A DNA stretch of 33,542 nt from a bacterium (GCA_021789095.1 JAJYJX010000003.1:1-33542); one strand, 5' to 3'; positions 1-9,069 are shown, counted from the first letter of the stretch. Numbers and translations are program-made. The notes: a model not told the origin generated them from the letters alone.

Positions 1-298
1 AAATGAGATTGTTCAGTACCTGACGTGGTATATTGAGCTTCTCTATCAGATCCGGAGGTATCTGGCCGTTAAATTCTTTGCTGTATGCATTGATCGTGTT
101 TTTGTATGCCCTGCTGAAATTATCCAGGGATATGGCTTCACGGTTAACAACGGCAACCGTGCCCTCTGACAGGCCAGCACCGCAGCTTTTCAGGATGCCG
201 AATATGCCGCCAAATCCTCCTAAAAAGGTAAGTGCAATAATGAAGTATAACACCTTCAAACCCCAATTCCCGGTATATTTTCTTATGTAATTAAGCAT
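1..298 (-). CDS. ppiD: SurA N-terminal domain / PpiD-like periplasmic chaperone, 5' part only (runs off window start)
   Basis: Not in ORF track. Manual translation from ATG 298: MLNYIRKYTGNWGLKVLYFIIALTFLGGFGG...TVAVVNREAISLDNFSRAY..., open to position 1. N-terminal TM helix plus VAxVNxxxI is typical of PpiD. Confidence 0.72.
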   Translation of the reverse strand, partial: MLNYIRKYTGNWGLKVLYFIIALTFLGGFGGIFGILKSCGAGLSEGTVAVVNREAISLDNFSRAYKNTINAYSKEFNGQIPPDLIEKLNIPRQVLNNLI

Positions 299-361
299 AC
301 TTATTCACTATATTAAGCAATAATAAAAAATCAAGTTATTTGCCTGTCACTCCCGTTGTTG

Positions 362-453
362 ACCCCGTTAGAAAGCAAGCCCCGCCATTTATGGCGGGGT
401 GGATATATAATGTGTTTGGGCGTGGATACATGCCGCAAATTTTCTAACGGGGT
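362..453. mobile_element. MITE-like element, ACCCCGTTAGAAA terminal-IR family
   Basis: Perfect 13-bp inverted ends ACCCCGTTAGAAA (362-374) / TTTCTAACGGGGT (441-453), with internal hairpin CCCCGCCAT-TT-ATGGCGGGG. Confidence 0.65.
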
Positions 454-488
454 TGACTTATGCATGTTTTTATGAAAATTGATAACAT

Positions 489-1265
489 ATGTATACAATA
501 GATCTTCATGGGAAAATCGGGCTTGTAACAGGCGTGGTAAACAAGTACAGCATATCCCTGCACATTGCAAGGAAACTGCACCAGGCCGGTATGGGGCTTT
601 ATTTCACGTATGCAAATCCGTCATTGAAGGAAAGGGTGGAAGAGGTAATAACGGATCTTAACCCACTTGGCTTGTTTGAGTGCGATGTTCAGAACGAGGA
701 CATGATAAAAGGCGTATTCGGGCAGATTAATAAAACGCATGACAAAATCCACGCACTTGTCCACAGTATTGCCTATGCGCCGAGGGAGGAACTCGGCGGC
801 AGTTTCATAAATAGTACAACCAAACAGGGATTTATGACAGCACTGGACATAAGTGCTTATTCCCTTATTCCGCTTTCAAGGCATGCTGTGCCGCTTATGA
901 AAGAGGGTGGCAGTATCATAGCCATGACATACATCGCTTCTCAGGTTGTTATACCCGGCTACAACGTAATGGCAATTGCGAAAGCTGCTCTTGAAAATAT
1001 CATCAGATACATTGCCTATGAGGTCGGGAAAAACGGGATAAGGGTAAACGGGATATCAGCAGGCCCTGTGAAAACCCTTTCAGCAAGAGGCATAAAAGAT
1101 TTTATGAAAATGCTCGAATATTATCCCCAGAGAGCGCCCCTCGGCAGGAACATAACAGCGGATGAGATCGGGGATGCGGCCCTGTTCCTTGTATCCCCCA
1201 TGAGCAGTGCCATAACCGGCGATATCATCTTTGTCGATGCAGGCTTCCATATAGTGGGGATGTAG
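489..1265 (+). CDS. fabI: Enoyl-ACP reductase
   Basis: 258 aa SDR with VHSIAYA, SAYSL, YNVMAIAKAALE (catalytic Y..K), RVNGISAGPVKTLSA and FVDAG. Confidence 0.95.
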   Translation: MYTIDLHGKIGLVTGVVNKYSISLHIARKLHQAGMGLYFTYANPSLKERVEEVITDLNPLGLFECDVQNEDMIKGVFGQINKTHDKIHALVHSIAYAPREELGGSFINSTTKQGFMTALDISAYSLIPLSRHAVPLMKEGGSIIAMTYIASQVVIPGYNVMAIAKAALENIIRYIAYEVGKNGIRVNGISAGPVKTLSARGIKDFMKMLEYYPQRAPLGRNITADEIGDAALFLVSPMSSAITGDIIFVDAGFHIVGM

Positions 1266-1268
1266 GGA

Positions 1269-2759
1269 TTATCTCAGGTTGTTTATCCTTCCCGCAGTTT
1301 TCCATTTTGAGCCATTGGCTTCATTGTGAGGTGCTTCGATAGTTTTATGATTACTCATTTCGGACATGCCGCTTACTATTGCCGCCATGATCCATAACTG
1401 TGATGCGTCCTTTGTAAAGCCGTCCATCTCCTGTTCAAGGAACCCTGTATTTATGTCTCCCTTTATGAATCGTTCGTGTTTGAACAGCCACCTGTAAAGC
1501 GGTATGGCTGTTGAAATACCTACAATCCTGTATTCGGACAGCGCCCTTTGCATGCGCGCAATTGTTTCCTGCCTGTTTTTGCCGTGGGCCTGGAGCTTGG
1601 CTATCAGGGAATCATACCAGCCGGGCACCTCAAAGCCTTCGTAAACGCCGCTGTCAATCCTTATGCCTGCTCCCTGAGGCTCCCTGAGATATGCTATCCT
1701 GCCCGGTGTCGGTGCAAAATCATTCAAGGGATCTTCTGCAACGATCCTGCACTCCATAGCACTACCTGACAGTCCTATATCAGACTGCTTGAACGCGAGC
1801 CTGTCCCCGTTTGCTATCCTTATCTGTTCTTTTACAAGATCAATGCCTGTTACAAGCTCGGTTACCGGATGTTCTACCTGAAGCCTTGTGTTCATTTCCA
1901 TGAAGAAGAGCTCACCGCGGTCATCCATGATAAATTCAATGGTGCCGGCATTGTAGTAGCCCGCTGCCTTTGCAGCGGATACTGCCATTGCGCCGACTTT
2001 TGATCTTTTGCCGGCCGTCATCACAGGCGACGGGCTTTCTTCTATAAGTTTTTGATGCTTCCTCTGGATAGAGCACTCCCTTTCATTAAGATGTATAATA
2101 TTGCCGTACTTATCGCCTAATATTTGAAATTCGATATGGCGCGGGTTTTTTATGAGTTTTTCTATGTATAAAGAGCCGTCGCCAAAAGCTGATAAAGCCT
2201 CTGAAGACGCACGTTCAAATGCAGATTCAACATCGCTTGCCTGTTCAACCAGTCTCATGCCCTTGCCGCCGCCTCCGCTTACAGCCTTCAACATGAAAGG
2301 ATAACCTATATCTTTTGCAATCTTTTTGGCATGGCGCACATCAGGTACGGGATCAACGGTTCCCGGCACAATTGTTACACCAGCGGCCTTTACAAGCCTT
2401 CGTGCATGGATCTTATCGCCCATCGCTTTTACGGATTGGGGTGATGGTCCTATGAACACAATCCCGCTGTCAGAAATTTTTTTCGCAAATTCCGTATTTT
2501 CAGCAAGAAAGCCGTACCCGGGATGGATTGCTTCTGCTTTACACGCCTTGGCAATATCAATAATCTTGTCCATGTTCAGGTAGCTTTCTGAAGGCTGGGG
2601 CATGCCAAGATAATACGCTTCATCAGCCATTCTCACATACAGGGCATTCCTGTCCGCATCCGAGTAGACAGCAACTGCCTCGATGTTCATCTCGTGGCAC
2701 GCGCGTATGATCCTTACCGCTATCTCCGATCGGTTTGCTATCAGTATTTTTTTGAACAT
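1269..2759 (-). CDS. accC: Biotin carboxylase subunit of an acyl-CoA carboxylase
   Basis: MFKKILIANRSEIA, HPGYGFLAEN, GGGGKGMR, RECSIQR, EMNTRLQVEHPVTE; no biotinyl domain. Confidence 0.93.
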   Translation of the reverse strand: MFKKILIANRSEIAVRIIRACHEMNIEAVAVYSDADRNALYVRMADEAYYLGMPQPSESYLNMDKIIDIAKACKAEAIHPGYGFLAENTEFAKKISDSGIVFIGPSPQSVKAMGDKIHARRLVKAAGVTIVPGTVDPVPDVRHAKKIAKDIGYPFMLKAVSGGGGKGMRLVEQASDVESAFERASSEALSAFGDGSLYIEKLIKNPRHIEFQILGDKYGNIIHLNERECSIQRKHQKLIEESPSPVMTAGKRSKVGAMAVSAAKAAGYYNAGTIEFIMDDRGELFFMEMNTRLQVEHPVTELVTGIDLVKEQIRIANGDRLAFKQSDIGLSGSAMECRIVAEDPLNDFAPTPGRIAYLREPQGAGIRIDSGVYEGFEVPGWYDSLIAKLQAHGKNRQETIARMQRALSEYRIVGISTAIPLYRWLFKHERFIKGDINTGFLEQEMDGFTKDASQLWIMAAIVSGMSEMSNHKTIEAPHNEANGSKWKTAGRINNLR

Positions 2760-2805
2760 ATCGTTTCTCTATTATTGTGAATGCCAAACAACTGATTTAA
2801 TTTCA

Positions 2806-2873
2806 GTCATTCCGTGCTTGACACGGAATCCAGTTTTTTTCCCTTTCTGGATTCCCGCTTTCGCGGGAATGAC
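2806..2873. repeat. Family A palindrome doublet (A2 + inverted A1)
   Basis: GTCATTCCGTGCTTGACACGGAATCCAG (2806-2833), pyrimidine spacer, CTGGATTCCCGCTTTCGCGGGAATGAC (2847-2873). Confidence 0.9.
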
Positions 2874-2900
2874 GAGGAAAGCATGTCTTCAATCTATGGA

Positions 2901-4451
2901 TCACAGCGGTATGTTCCCGTGTTTTTTCTTGGGATTGGTATCGCTCTTGTTTTTCAGCATGCGCAGGGCTGAAATGATCTTGAACCTTGTTTCCGAAGGC
3001 TTTATGACCTCGTCGATATACCCGAGTTCCGCTGCCTTCCACGGCGAAGCGAACTTTTCCCTGTAGTCATCTATAAGCTGGGCGCGCTTTGTTTCAGGAT
3101 CATCCGCCGAGTCTATCTCCTTCCTGAATATTATATTAACCGCACCGTCAGGGCCCATAACTGCAATCTCCGCACTCGGGTATGCATAGTTGATATCGGC
3201 CCGTATGTGCTTGCTTGACATAACGTCATAGGCACCGCCGTATGCCTTTCTTGTTATAATGGTGATCTTGGGCACGGTTGCTTCTGCAAAGGCAAAGAGC
3301 AATTTTGCACCATGCCTTATTATGCCCCCGTGCTCCTGCACGGTCCCGGGTAAGAATCCGGGCACGTCCTCAAGCGTGATCAGCGGGATGTTGAATGCAT
3401 CGCAAAACCTGACGAACCTTGCACCCTTTACTGACGCATCTATGTCCAGGGTACCTGCAAGATAAGCTGGCTGGTTTGCAACAATGCCGACCGGCATGCC
3501 GCCGTAACGCGCAAAGCCTACGACGATATTGGGCGCGTATGACTCATGCACCTCAAGGAAATACCCATCGTCAACTGTTGAAAAGATCAGCTCTTTTATA
3601 TCATACGGTTTGTTCGGCTGGTCCGGTATAAGGTTTTCAAGCTCCGGTGACAGGCGTTGTTGTGGATCGGTGGTTTCCCTGTAAGGAGGATCATCAATGT
3701 TATTTGAAGGTATAAACCCGATCAGTTCGCGTATACCTGCAAGACATTCCTCGTCATTATCGAATACAAAGTGAGCAATGCCGCTTTTCGTGGCGTGGGT
3801 CATTGCACCGCCGAGTTCTTCCTTTGTCACTTCTTCATGAGTTACCGATTTTACGACATCAGGGCCAGTTACGAACATGTAGCTCGTGCCTTTTGTCATA
3901 AAGATAAAGTCTGTTATCGCGGGTGAATAGACCGCACCGCCCGCGCATGGCCCCATGACCGCAGAGATCTGCGGAATAACGCCCGAGACAAGCACATTGC
4001 GCAAAAAAATGTCGGCATAACCTCCGAGGCTCTCGACCCCTTCCTGGATCCTCGCACCGCCGGAATCGTTCAGGCCGATCAGGGGTGCCCCGTTTTTTAA
4101 AGCAAGGTCCATGATCTTGCAGATCTTCTTTGCATAGGCTCCTGAGAGTGAGCCGCCGAACACCGTGAAGTCCTGGGAAAACACATAAACAAGCCTCCCG
4201 TCTATAGTGCCGTAGCCGGTAACAACGCCGTCGCCAAGATACTTCTGCTTGTCCATGCCGAAATCAACGGCCCTGTGAAGGACGAATTTATCGAGTTCTA
4301 CAAAACTGCCTTTGTCCAGCAGCAGATCAATGCGCTCTCTTGCAGTCAGCTTGCCGGCCTCATGCTGTTTCTTGATGCGCTCCTCGCCGCCGCCAAGTTC
4401 GGCCTCCCTGTTCATCCTTTCAAGTTCTTTTATGCGCTTTTCGTGGGACAT
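2901..4451 (-). CDS. pccB: Acyl-CoA (propionyl/methylmalonyl-CoA) carboxyltransferase beta subunit
   Basis: [48 protein letters not shown]-terminal KKHGNIPL. Confidence 0.93.
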   Translation of the reverse strand: MSHEKRIKELERMNREAELGGGEERIKKQHEAGKLTARERIDLLLDKGSFVELDKFVLHRAVDFGMDKQKYLGDGVVTGYGTIDGRLVYVFSQDFTVFGGSLSGAYAKKICKIMDLALKNGAPLIGLNDSGGARIQEGVESLGGYADIFLRNVLVSGVIPQISAVMGPCAGGAVYSPAITDFIFMTKGTSYMFVTGPDVVKSVTHEEVTKEELGGAMTHATKSGIAHFVFDNDEECLAGIRELIGFIPSNNIDDPPYRETTDPQQRLSPELENLIPDQPNKPYDIKELIFSTVDDGYFLEVHESYAPNIVVGFARYGGMPVGIVANQPAYLAGTLDIDASVKGARFVRFCDAFNIPLITLEDVPGFLPGTVQEHGGIIRHGAKLLFAFAEATVPKITIITRKAYGGAYDVMSSKHIRADINYAYPSAEIAVMGPDGAVNIIFRKEIDSADDPETKRAQLIDDYREKFASPWKAAELGYIDEVIKPSETRFKIISALRMLKNKSDTNPKKKHGNIPL

Positions 4452-4469
4452 AATTTACCTCGATCTTCT

Positions 4470-4649
4470 GTCATTCCCGTGAAAACGGGAATCCAGTTCT
4501 TTAAATGAATATATAAGAGAAAATTCAATGCTATGCAAGGAAACAGTTTAATAGTGTTATTCCTGCGGAAGCAGGAATCCAGTTTTCTCTTTTGTTTCTT
4601 ACAGAATGAAGGAACGAGAGCCTGGATTCCGCATCAAGTGCGGAACGAC
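4470..4649. repeat. Three family A palindromes
   Basis: A1 at 4470-4496; doublet of A1 4556-4582 and inverted A2 4622-4649. Confidence 0.85.
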
Positions 4650-4705
4650 GGAATAAAGCCGCCCCGATTTATCAGTACGGCAGTCCCCTGAAGAAGAACA
4701 GAAAA

Positions 4706-5557
4706 TTACTCCTTAAACCTCGGTATTTGTGCAGTTACCTTGCCTGTGGAGGGGGCATACTCATAAGGCATATTACCGATAGGATCGGGCAGTTGTGCAA
4801 GAATGCCTTTTTCAACAAGTTCTGATAATGACGACGGAAATCTACGGAACCGTTTTTTGTATTCCTGAACTGCCTGATTCAGCATATCGACATTCTTTTT
4901 CTGGGTAAGAACTGCGATGTTGTTCTTCGCGGCTGATCGTATGAATTCATTGTCAGACATCTTTGCAATGGCCTCCCACATCTCAATACCCTGATCGGGT
5001 GATGCAAACTTGCCCAGTGCATACGGAGCAAAGGTCTTGTACTGACTGGGCATATCAGGCAATGTATTTGCGATGCTGAAATACTTGTAGGCGTTATTAT
5101 AATCTTTACCCATGTAATATATAAATCCAAGGCCGAATGCAGGCCTCCAATCTTTGGGATTGTTTTTCACTCCTTTATCCCCGAGCAGTATTGCATCCTT
5201 AGAATCATTTGCCCATGTTGCGAGAAAAGCAGAACCAAAGTTATATGCATTGATAAACTTCGGATCAAGGGATGTTACAATATCCAGAATGTGATAAAGA
5301 TACGGGTATGTGTTGCCCGAAATGGCATGTTGCCCTATGTATTGGATAGACCTTAACCAGAAAATATCTGCAAGCAGGTTATTATATCCGAAAGCGATGT
5401 TCTTTATGAAACTTGTTTTAGGGAAATAAAACAACTCAGGTATTGGGTTACTGTTTTCAGGTGATGTTTGATCAATGATTTTGCCAAGGGGATAGAGGGA
5501 AAAAGCGAGCATCAGGAAAATTATGGTCAGTGTAAATGTCTTAATAATACGGTTCAT
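4706..5557 (-). CDS. Membrane-anchored TPR-like pilin-locus protein (PilG/XapA-like)
   Basis: N-terminal hydrophobic segment, LADIFWLRSIQY, LDPKF..AY, helical TPR-like repeats; lies downstream of pilin and ABC genes. Confidence 0.7.
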   Translation of the reverse strand: MNRIIKTFTLTIIFLMLAFSLYPLGKIIDQTSPENSNPIPELFYFPKTSFIKNIAFGYNNLLADIFWLRSIQYIGQHAISGNTYPYLYHILDIVTSLDPKFINAYNFGSAFLATWANDSKDAILLGDKGVKNNPKDWRPAFGLGFIYYMGKDYNNAYKYFSIANTLPDMPSQYKTFAPYALGKFASPDQGIEMWEAIAKMSDNEFIRSAAKNNIAVLTQKKNVDMLNQAVQEYKKRFRRFPSSLSELVEKGILAQLPDPIGNMPYEYAPSTGKVTAQIPRFKE

Positions 5558-5579
5558 TAAAGGTACTCCTTAATCTTTT

Positions 5580-5673
5580 CTGGATTCCCGCCTTCGCGGG
5601 AATGACAGGAAAAGGAAATTTGTCATTCCTGCCCGTGGGCTTCTCCGAAGGTATGCTTGAGCAGGAATCCAGT
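5580..5673. repeat. Left ~94-bp direct repeat (inverted A1 + long-loop A3)
   Basis: Matches 6010-6102 with 5 substitutions and 1 indel by manual alignment, including the AT-rich linker. Confidence 0.9.
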
Positions 5674-5709
5674 CTGCTTTTGTCCCGCATTTGATATAAA
5701 ATCCAGATA

Positions 5710-6000
5710 TTATTTACAAACATCATCATATAAATCTTTCCATTGAGGATTATTACTCTCAATGAGAGTCAGTTTCCATTTTCTTTGCCAATTTTTTATT
5801 TGTTTCTCTCTCATAATTGCTGCCTCTGCTGATTCATGTATCTCATACCATACAAGCTGGTGCACATTATACTTCTTGGTAAAACCGTCAACCACATTAT
5901 TTTTATGTTCATAAATACGTTTAACGAGGTCTGATGTTACGCCGGTGTACAAAGTACCATTTTGTTTACTGGCAAGTATATAAACATAGAATCTTTTCAT
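5710..6000 (-). CDS. Stand-alone GIY-YIG nuclease
   Basis: 96 aa: FYVYIL...LYTGVT.DL.KR..EH, A..REKQIK.W.R.WK..LIE..NP.W.DL; conserved Tyr, Arg and Glu present. Confidence 0.92.
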   Translation of the reverse strand: MKRFYVYILASKQNGTLYTGVTSDLVKRIYEHKNNVVDGFTKKYNVHQLVWYEIHESAEAAIMREKQIKNWQRKWKLTLIESNNPQWKDLYDDVCK

Positions 6001-6009
6001 TTATATTCT

Positions 6010-6165
6010 CTGGATTCCCGCTTTCGCGGGAATGACGGAAAAGAAAGTTTGTCATTCCTGACCGTGGGCTTCTTCGAAGGTATGCTTGAGCAGGAATCCA
6101 GTTCCTCTTTTTTGTCATTCCGTGCATATATTTTGTCTACTCCGCACTTGTGCGGAGGAATCCAG
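6010..6165. repeat. Right direct repeat (6010-6102) plus a composite family A unit (6114-6165)
   Basis: CTGGATTCCCGCTTTCGCGGGAATGAC; GTCATTCCTGACCGTGGGC...GCAGGAATCCAG; GTCATTCC...TCCGCACTTGTGCGGAGGAATCCAG. Confidence 0.88.
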
Positions 6166-6179
6166 TCTTTTTTCTCTAT

Positions 6180-6983
6180 TCACCGCATCTCCTTCTTATT
6201 GAATACAACCGCAGACAACATCAACATGATGACAATATAAATAACCGTATAAACTACAAGTAACACAAGGTGCTGAGCAGACGGTACAATGCCGTAAATA
6301 GCAAGGTCACGCAGATTTAAATTGCTGAAGTTTGGAAGGATATAATAAATGATCTTGAGTAATGCCTTTGCTGCCTGACTGTTTACCTTATCTACCAAAG
6401 ACTTTATCGTATCAAGCCCGTTGCCGATAATGTAGACAAAGAAGGTAATGATCGATGCAACAATGGGTGATGTAAATGTGGAAAAGAATATGGAAATGGC
6501 AATCACAATGAGCATGGCAAGGTATGAGTAGACAATAGCGAGAATGATATCTCCGATAAATATCGTCCTTATTGTCCATTGGGAATAGTAGACATTTCTG
6601 TTAAAGGAAAAGAGGATCGCAAAAAAGATTATCGTCATGAATATTGTAACGACAAACACCAGAGACGCAAGCCCGAGGAACCTGCCGACCAGGTATTCGG
6701 ATCTTTTTATGGGTGTTGTAAGGATTGTATAGATGGTCTTTTGCTCTATGTCTTTGTAAATTATGGATGCACCCATGAAGATTGCTATAAGCACACCGAA
6801 GATCATGATACTTGCAAGTCCTACATCCTGTGTGATCTTTATGTATTCACCCATACTCAGTGCTGCAAGACCGTATGATGCAAACATCATGAGCAAGGCA
6901 AACAGCAGAAGCAGGTAAAGTATCCTTTCCCTTATGCCTTCTTTAAAGCCTGTCGAGGCAATGGCAAAAATCCTTTTAAACAT
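6180..6983 (-). CDS. ABC-2 type permease (PilI/Xap-like)
   Basis: About 6 TM helices; DIEQKTIYTILTTPIKRSEYLVGRFLG motif; AAGGAG SD upstream. Confidence 0.88.
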   Translation of the reverse strand: MFKRIFAIASTGFKEGIRERILYLLLLFALLMMFASYGLAALSMGEYIKITQDVGLASIMIFGVLIAIFMGASIIYKDIEQKTIYTILTTPIKRSEYLVGRFLGLASLVFVVTIFMTIIFFAILFSFNRNVYYSQWTIRTIFIGDIILAIVYSYLAMLIVIAISIFFSTFTSPIVASIITFFVYIIGNGLDTIKSLVDKVNSQAAKALLKIIYYILPNFSNLNLRDLAIYGIVPSAQHLVLLVVYTVIYIVIMLMLSAVVFNKKEMR

Positions 6984-6997
6984 TAATTCTCCTTTCC

Positions 6998-7285
6998 GTT
7001 AATCCGCGCTTGATGCGGAATCCAGTTTCTTTCTGTGTCATTCCGTGCACAGACACGGAATCCAGTTCTTCTCTTCTCTGGATTCCCGCCTTCGCGGGAA
7101 TGACACACAAAAAATATTTGCTTGCGTTAGCATAATACATCACATTGGTTCTCCGTCATTCCTGCCCGTGGACATCTTCAGAGATATTCTTGAACAGGAA
7201 ACCAGTTTCCATCTGTCATTCTGAGCGGCGACGAAGACGCCACGAAGAATCTAAATCTTAGACTCTTCGTTTCACTCAGAGAGAC
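6998..7285. repeat. Cluster of family A units and a family B doublet
   Basis: A units at 6998-7025, 7037-7065, 7078-7104 (inverted) and 7155-7205; B doublet GTCATTCTGAGC..GAAGAATCT (7215-7252) / AGACTCTTCG..CTCAGAGAGAC (7260-7285). Confidence 0.85.
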
Positions 7286-7296
7286 AAATAAAATCA

Positions 7297-8409
7297 TTAG
7301 GCTTGCTCCTTTATCATCTTCGATATCAGCGTTTCCAGAGACTGCCTTACCGGCTCTACCTTTATAATACTGAACCCGTTTTTGATAAGCTCTGATAAAA
7401 TGGTATTTGTTTTTTCCATATCATTCACGTGAAATATGCATTGTTCATTGTTGCAGGTAATGTTCTTTACAAGTTGTTTTATGTTATTACTAATTTTCTC
7501 CTCTCCCCTTGTGGGAGAGGTAGGGTGAGGGGTAAAAGCAGTTATATTCACGCTTGTTGCACCTGTATCAACAAGCTCGCTTACAGTGCCGATCTTAATG
7601 ATCTTGCCTGTTCTGATAACAGCTACGTGGTCGCACAGCTCCTCGGCATCCGGAATAATATGTGAGCTGAAGAATATGGTCTTGCCCTGCTTTCTGAGCT
7701 TACGCAGGATCTCCTTGAATTCCGCCCTGCCGATCGGATCAAGCCCGCTCATAGGCTCGTCGAGGATCAGAAGCTCCGGATCATTGATAAGCGCCTGTGC
7801 CATGCCGAGTCTTTGCAGCATACCCTTGGAAAAGGCGCGAAGCCGGGTATGAATTGCATCTATCAACCCGACAAGCTCAAGCTTTTCTTTTATAAGAGCA
7901 TCAACAGTTCCCCTCACCTTATTCCTCTCCCCAGAGGGGAGAGGGGGGGGTGAGGGGGTATCTTCTTCTCCTTGCCCAAGCCCAGCCTGGGTACCTCCCT
8001 CCTCTGTCATTCCGTGCTTGACACGGAATCCAGATTGTTTTTCAGAGAGAGAGGTAGGATGAGGGGAGTCCTTCATATTATACAGCCTTGCATAAAGCTT
8101 CATAATTTCAAACGCAGTAAGATAAGAATAAAAATTGGGCGTTTCCGGCAGATAGCCTATATTATTTTTCACATCAGTATCATCAAGGTCTTTATCAAAA
8201 AGCTTTATACTGCCGGAATCATACTTCAGAAGGCCAAGGATGGATTTGATAAGGGTTGTCTTGCCAGCGCCATTCGGGCCAAGGAACCCGAAGATCTCCG
8301 CCTTTTTTACGGAAAGATCCACATCCTTCAACGCCTCATACCTGTGTACAAACCCGCGCGGGTAGGTTTTGTTCAATCCTTTTATTTGTATAACTGCCTG
8401 TTCACTCAT
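7297..8409 (-). CDS. ABC transporter ATPase (PilH/XapD-like) with in-frame repeat-derived insertions
   Basis: Walker A GPNGAGKTT, signature FSKGMLQR, Walker B LLILDEP, H-loop SSH; ~53-aa non-canonical insert before the signature. Confidence 0.92.
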   Translation of the reverse strand: MSEQAVIQIKGLNKTYPRGFVHRYEALKDVDLSVKKAEIFGFLGPNGAGKTTLIKSILGLLKYDSGSIKLFDKDLDDTDVKNNIGYLPETPNFYSYLTAFEIMKLYARLYNMKDSPHPTSLSEKQSGFRVKHGMTEEGGTQAGLGQGEEDTPSPPPLPSGERNKVRGTVDALIKEKLELVGLIDAIHTRLRAFSKGMLQRLGMAQALINDPELLILDEPMSGLDPIGRAEFKEILRKLRKQGKTIFFSSHIIPDAEELCDHVAVIRTGKIIKIGTVSELVDTGATSVNITAFTPHPTSPTRGEEKISNNIKQLVKNITCNNEQCIFHVNDMEKTNTILSELIKNGFSIIKVEPVRQSLETLISKMIKEQA

Positions 8410-8474
8410 AATTGGTCCCTTTCTTAATTATTTAATACAAACGAAATAAATATGTTTGTATAACCTCAAAGATC

Positions 8475-8546
8475 GTCATTCCCGTGAAAACGGGAATCCA
8501 GTTTTATACATGAAAGATCTGGATTCCGTATCAAGTACGGAATGAC
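8475..8546. repeat. Family A doublet (A1 + inverted A2)
   Basis: GTCATTCCCGTGAAAACGGGAATCCAG (identical to 4470-4496) and CTGGATTCCGTATCAAGTACGGAATGAC. Confidence 0.9.
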
Positions 8547-8851
8547 AATTTAATGTTACATTCTTAATCTGCACAAGCAGTGCCCTTTTCTGCTTGTCTT
8601 TACCGATGAGCTCTTTCCTCGTAAAGGTAGTAGACATTTTTAATGTGCCGCTACTCTTTTAATATCTATTTTTATTCCCCTTGTCATATCATCCAATTAA
8701 TTATATTCCGCATTCTCTAAAGCTTTTTGAATATAATCAACCAACATAGTCCCTTTCTCCTTTGCCAACCTCATACTTATATATATTATAATTCATTAAA
8801 TGACTCAAACAAAGCCATTGGCCCAAATGAAAACGAAACACTCCATTCTTC

Positions 8852-9055
8852 GTCATTCCGTGCATAGACACAGAATTCAGTCTCTTTCTTCTGGATTCCG
8901 TATCAAGTACGGAATGACGGAAGAAGCCGTTCGTCATTCCTACCGGTGGGCATCTTCGAAGGTATGCTTGAACTGGAATCCAGCTTTTCTCTGTCATTCC
9001 GAACTTGTTCCGGAATCTCAGGTTTTTTTAGACCCTGAAACGAGTTCAGGGTGAC
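8852..9055. repeat. Cluster of five family A-like palindromes downstream of pilA
   Basis: Units at 8852-8880, 8891-8918, 8933-8983 (A3), 8993-9019 and 9030-9055. Confidence 0.85.
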
Positions 9056-9069
9056 AGAAATAACGCCAT

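Noticed and set aside
33-290. 85-aa plus-strand ORF
   Set aside because: Antisense to the better supported PpiD-like frame.
8476-8637. 53-aa minus-strand ORF MSTTFTRKELIGKDKQKRALL...
   Set aside because: Weak SD, 3' part is repeat-derived, and there is no recognisable family or paralog.
8737-9054. Short ORFs over repeat clusters (also 2683-3066, 5541-5762, 5962-6240, 12636-12818)
   Set aside because: The peptides ([26 protein letters not shown] types) are read-through of repeats with no independent coding evidence.
5580-9055. Repeat clusters as a CRISPR array
   Set aside because: Units alternate in orientation, vary in sequence and spacing, are dispersed, and no cas genes are present.
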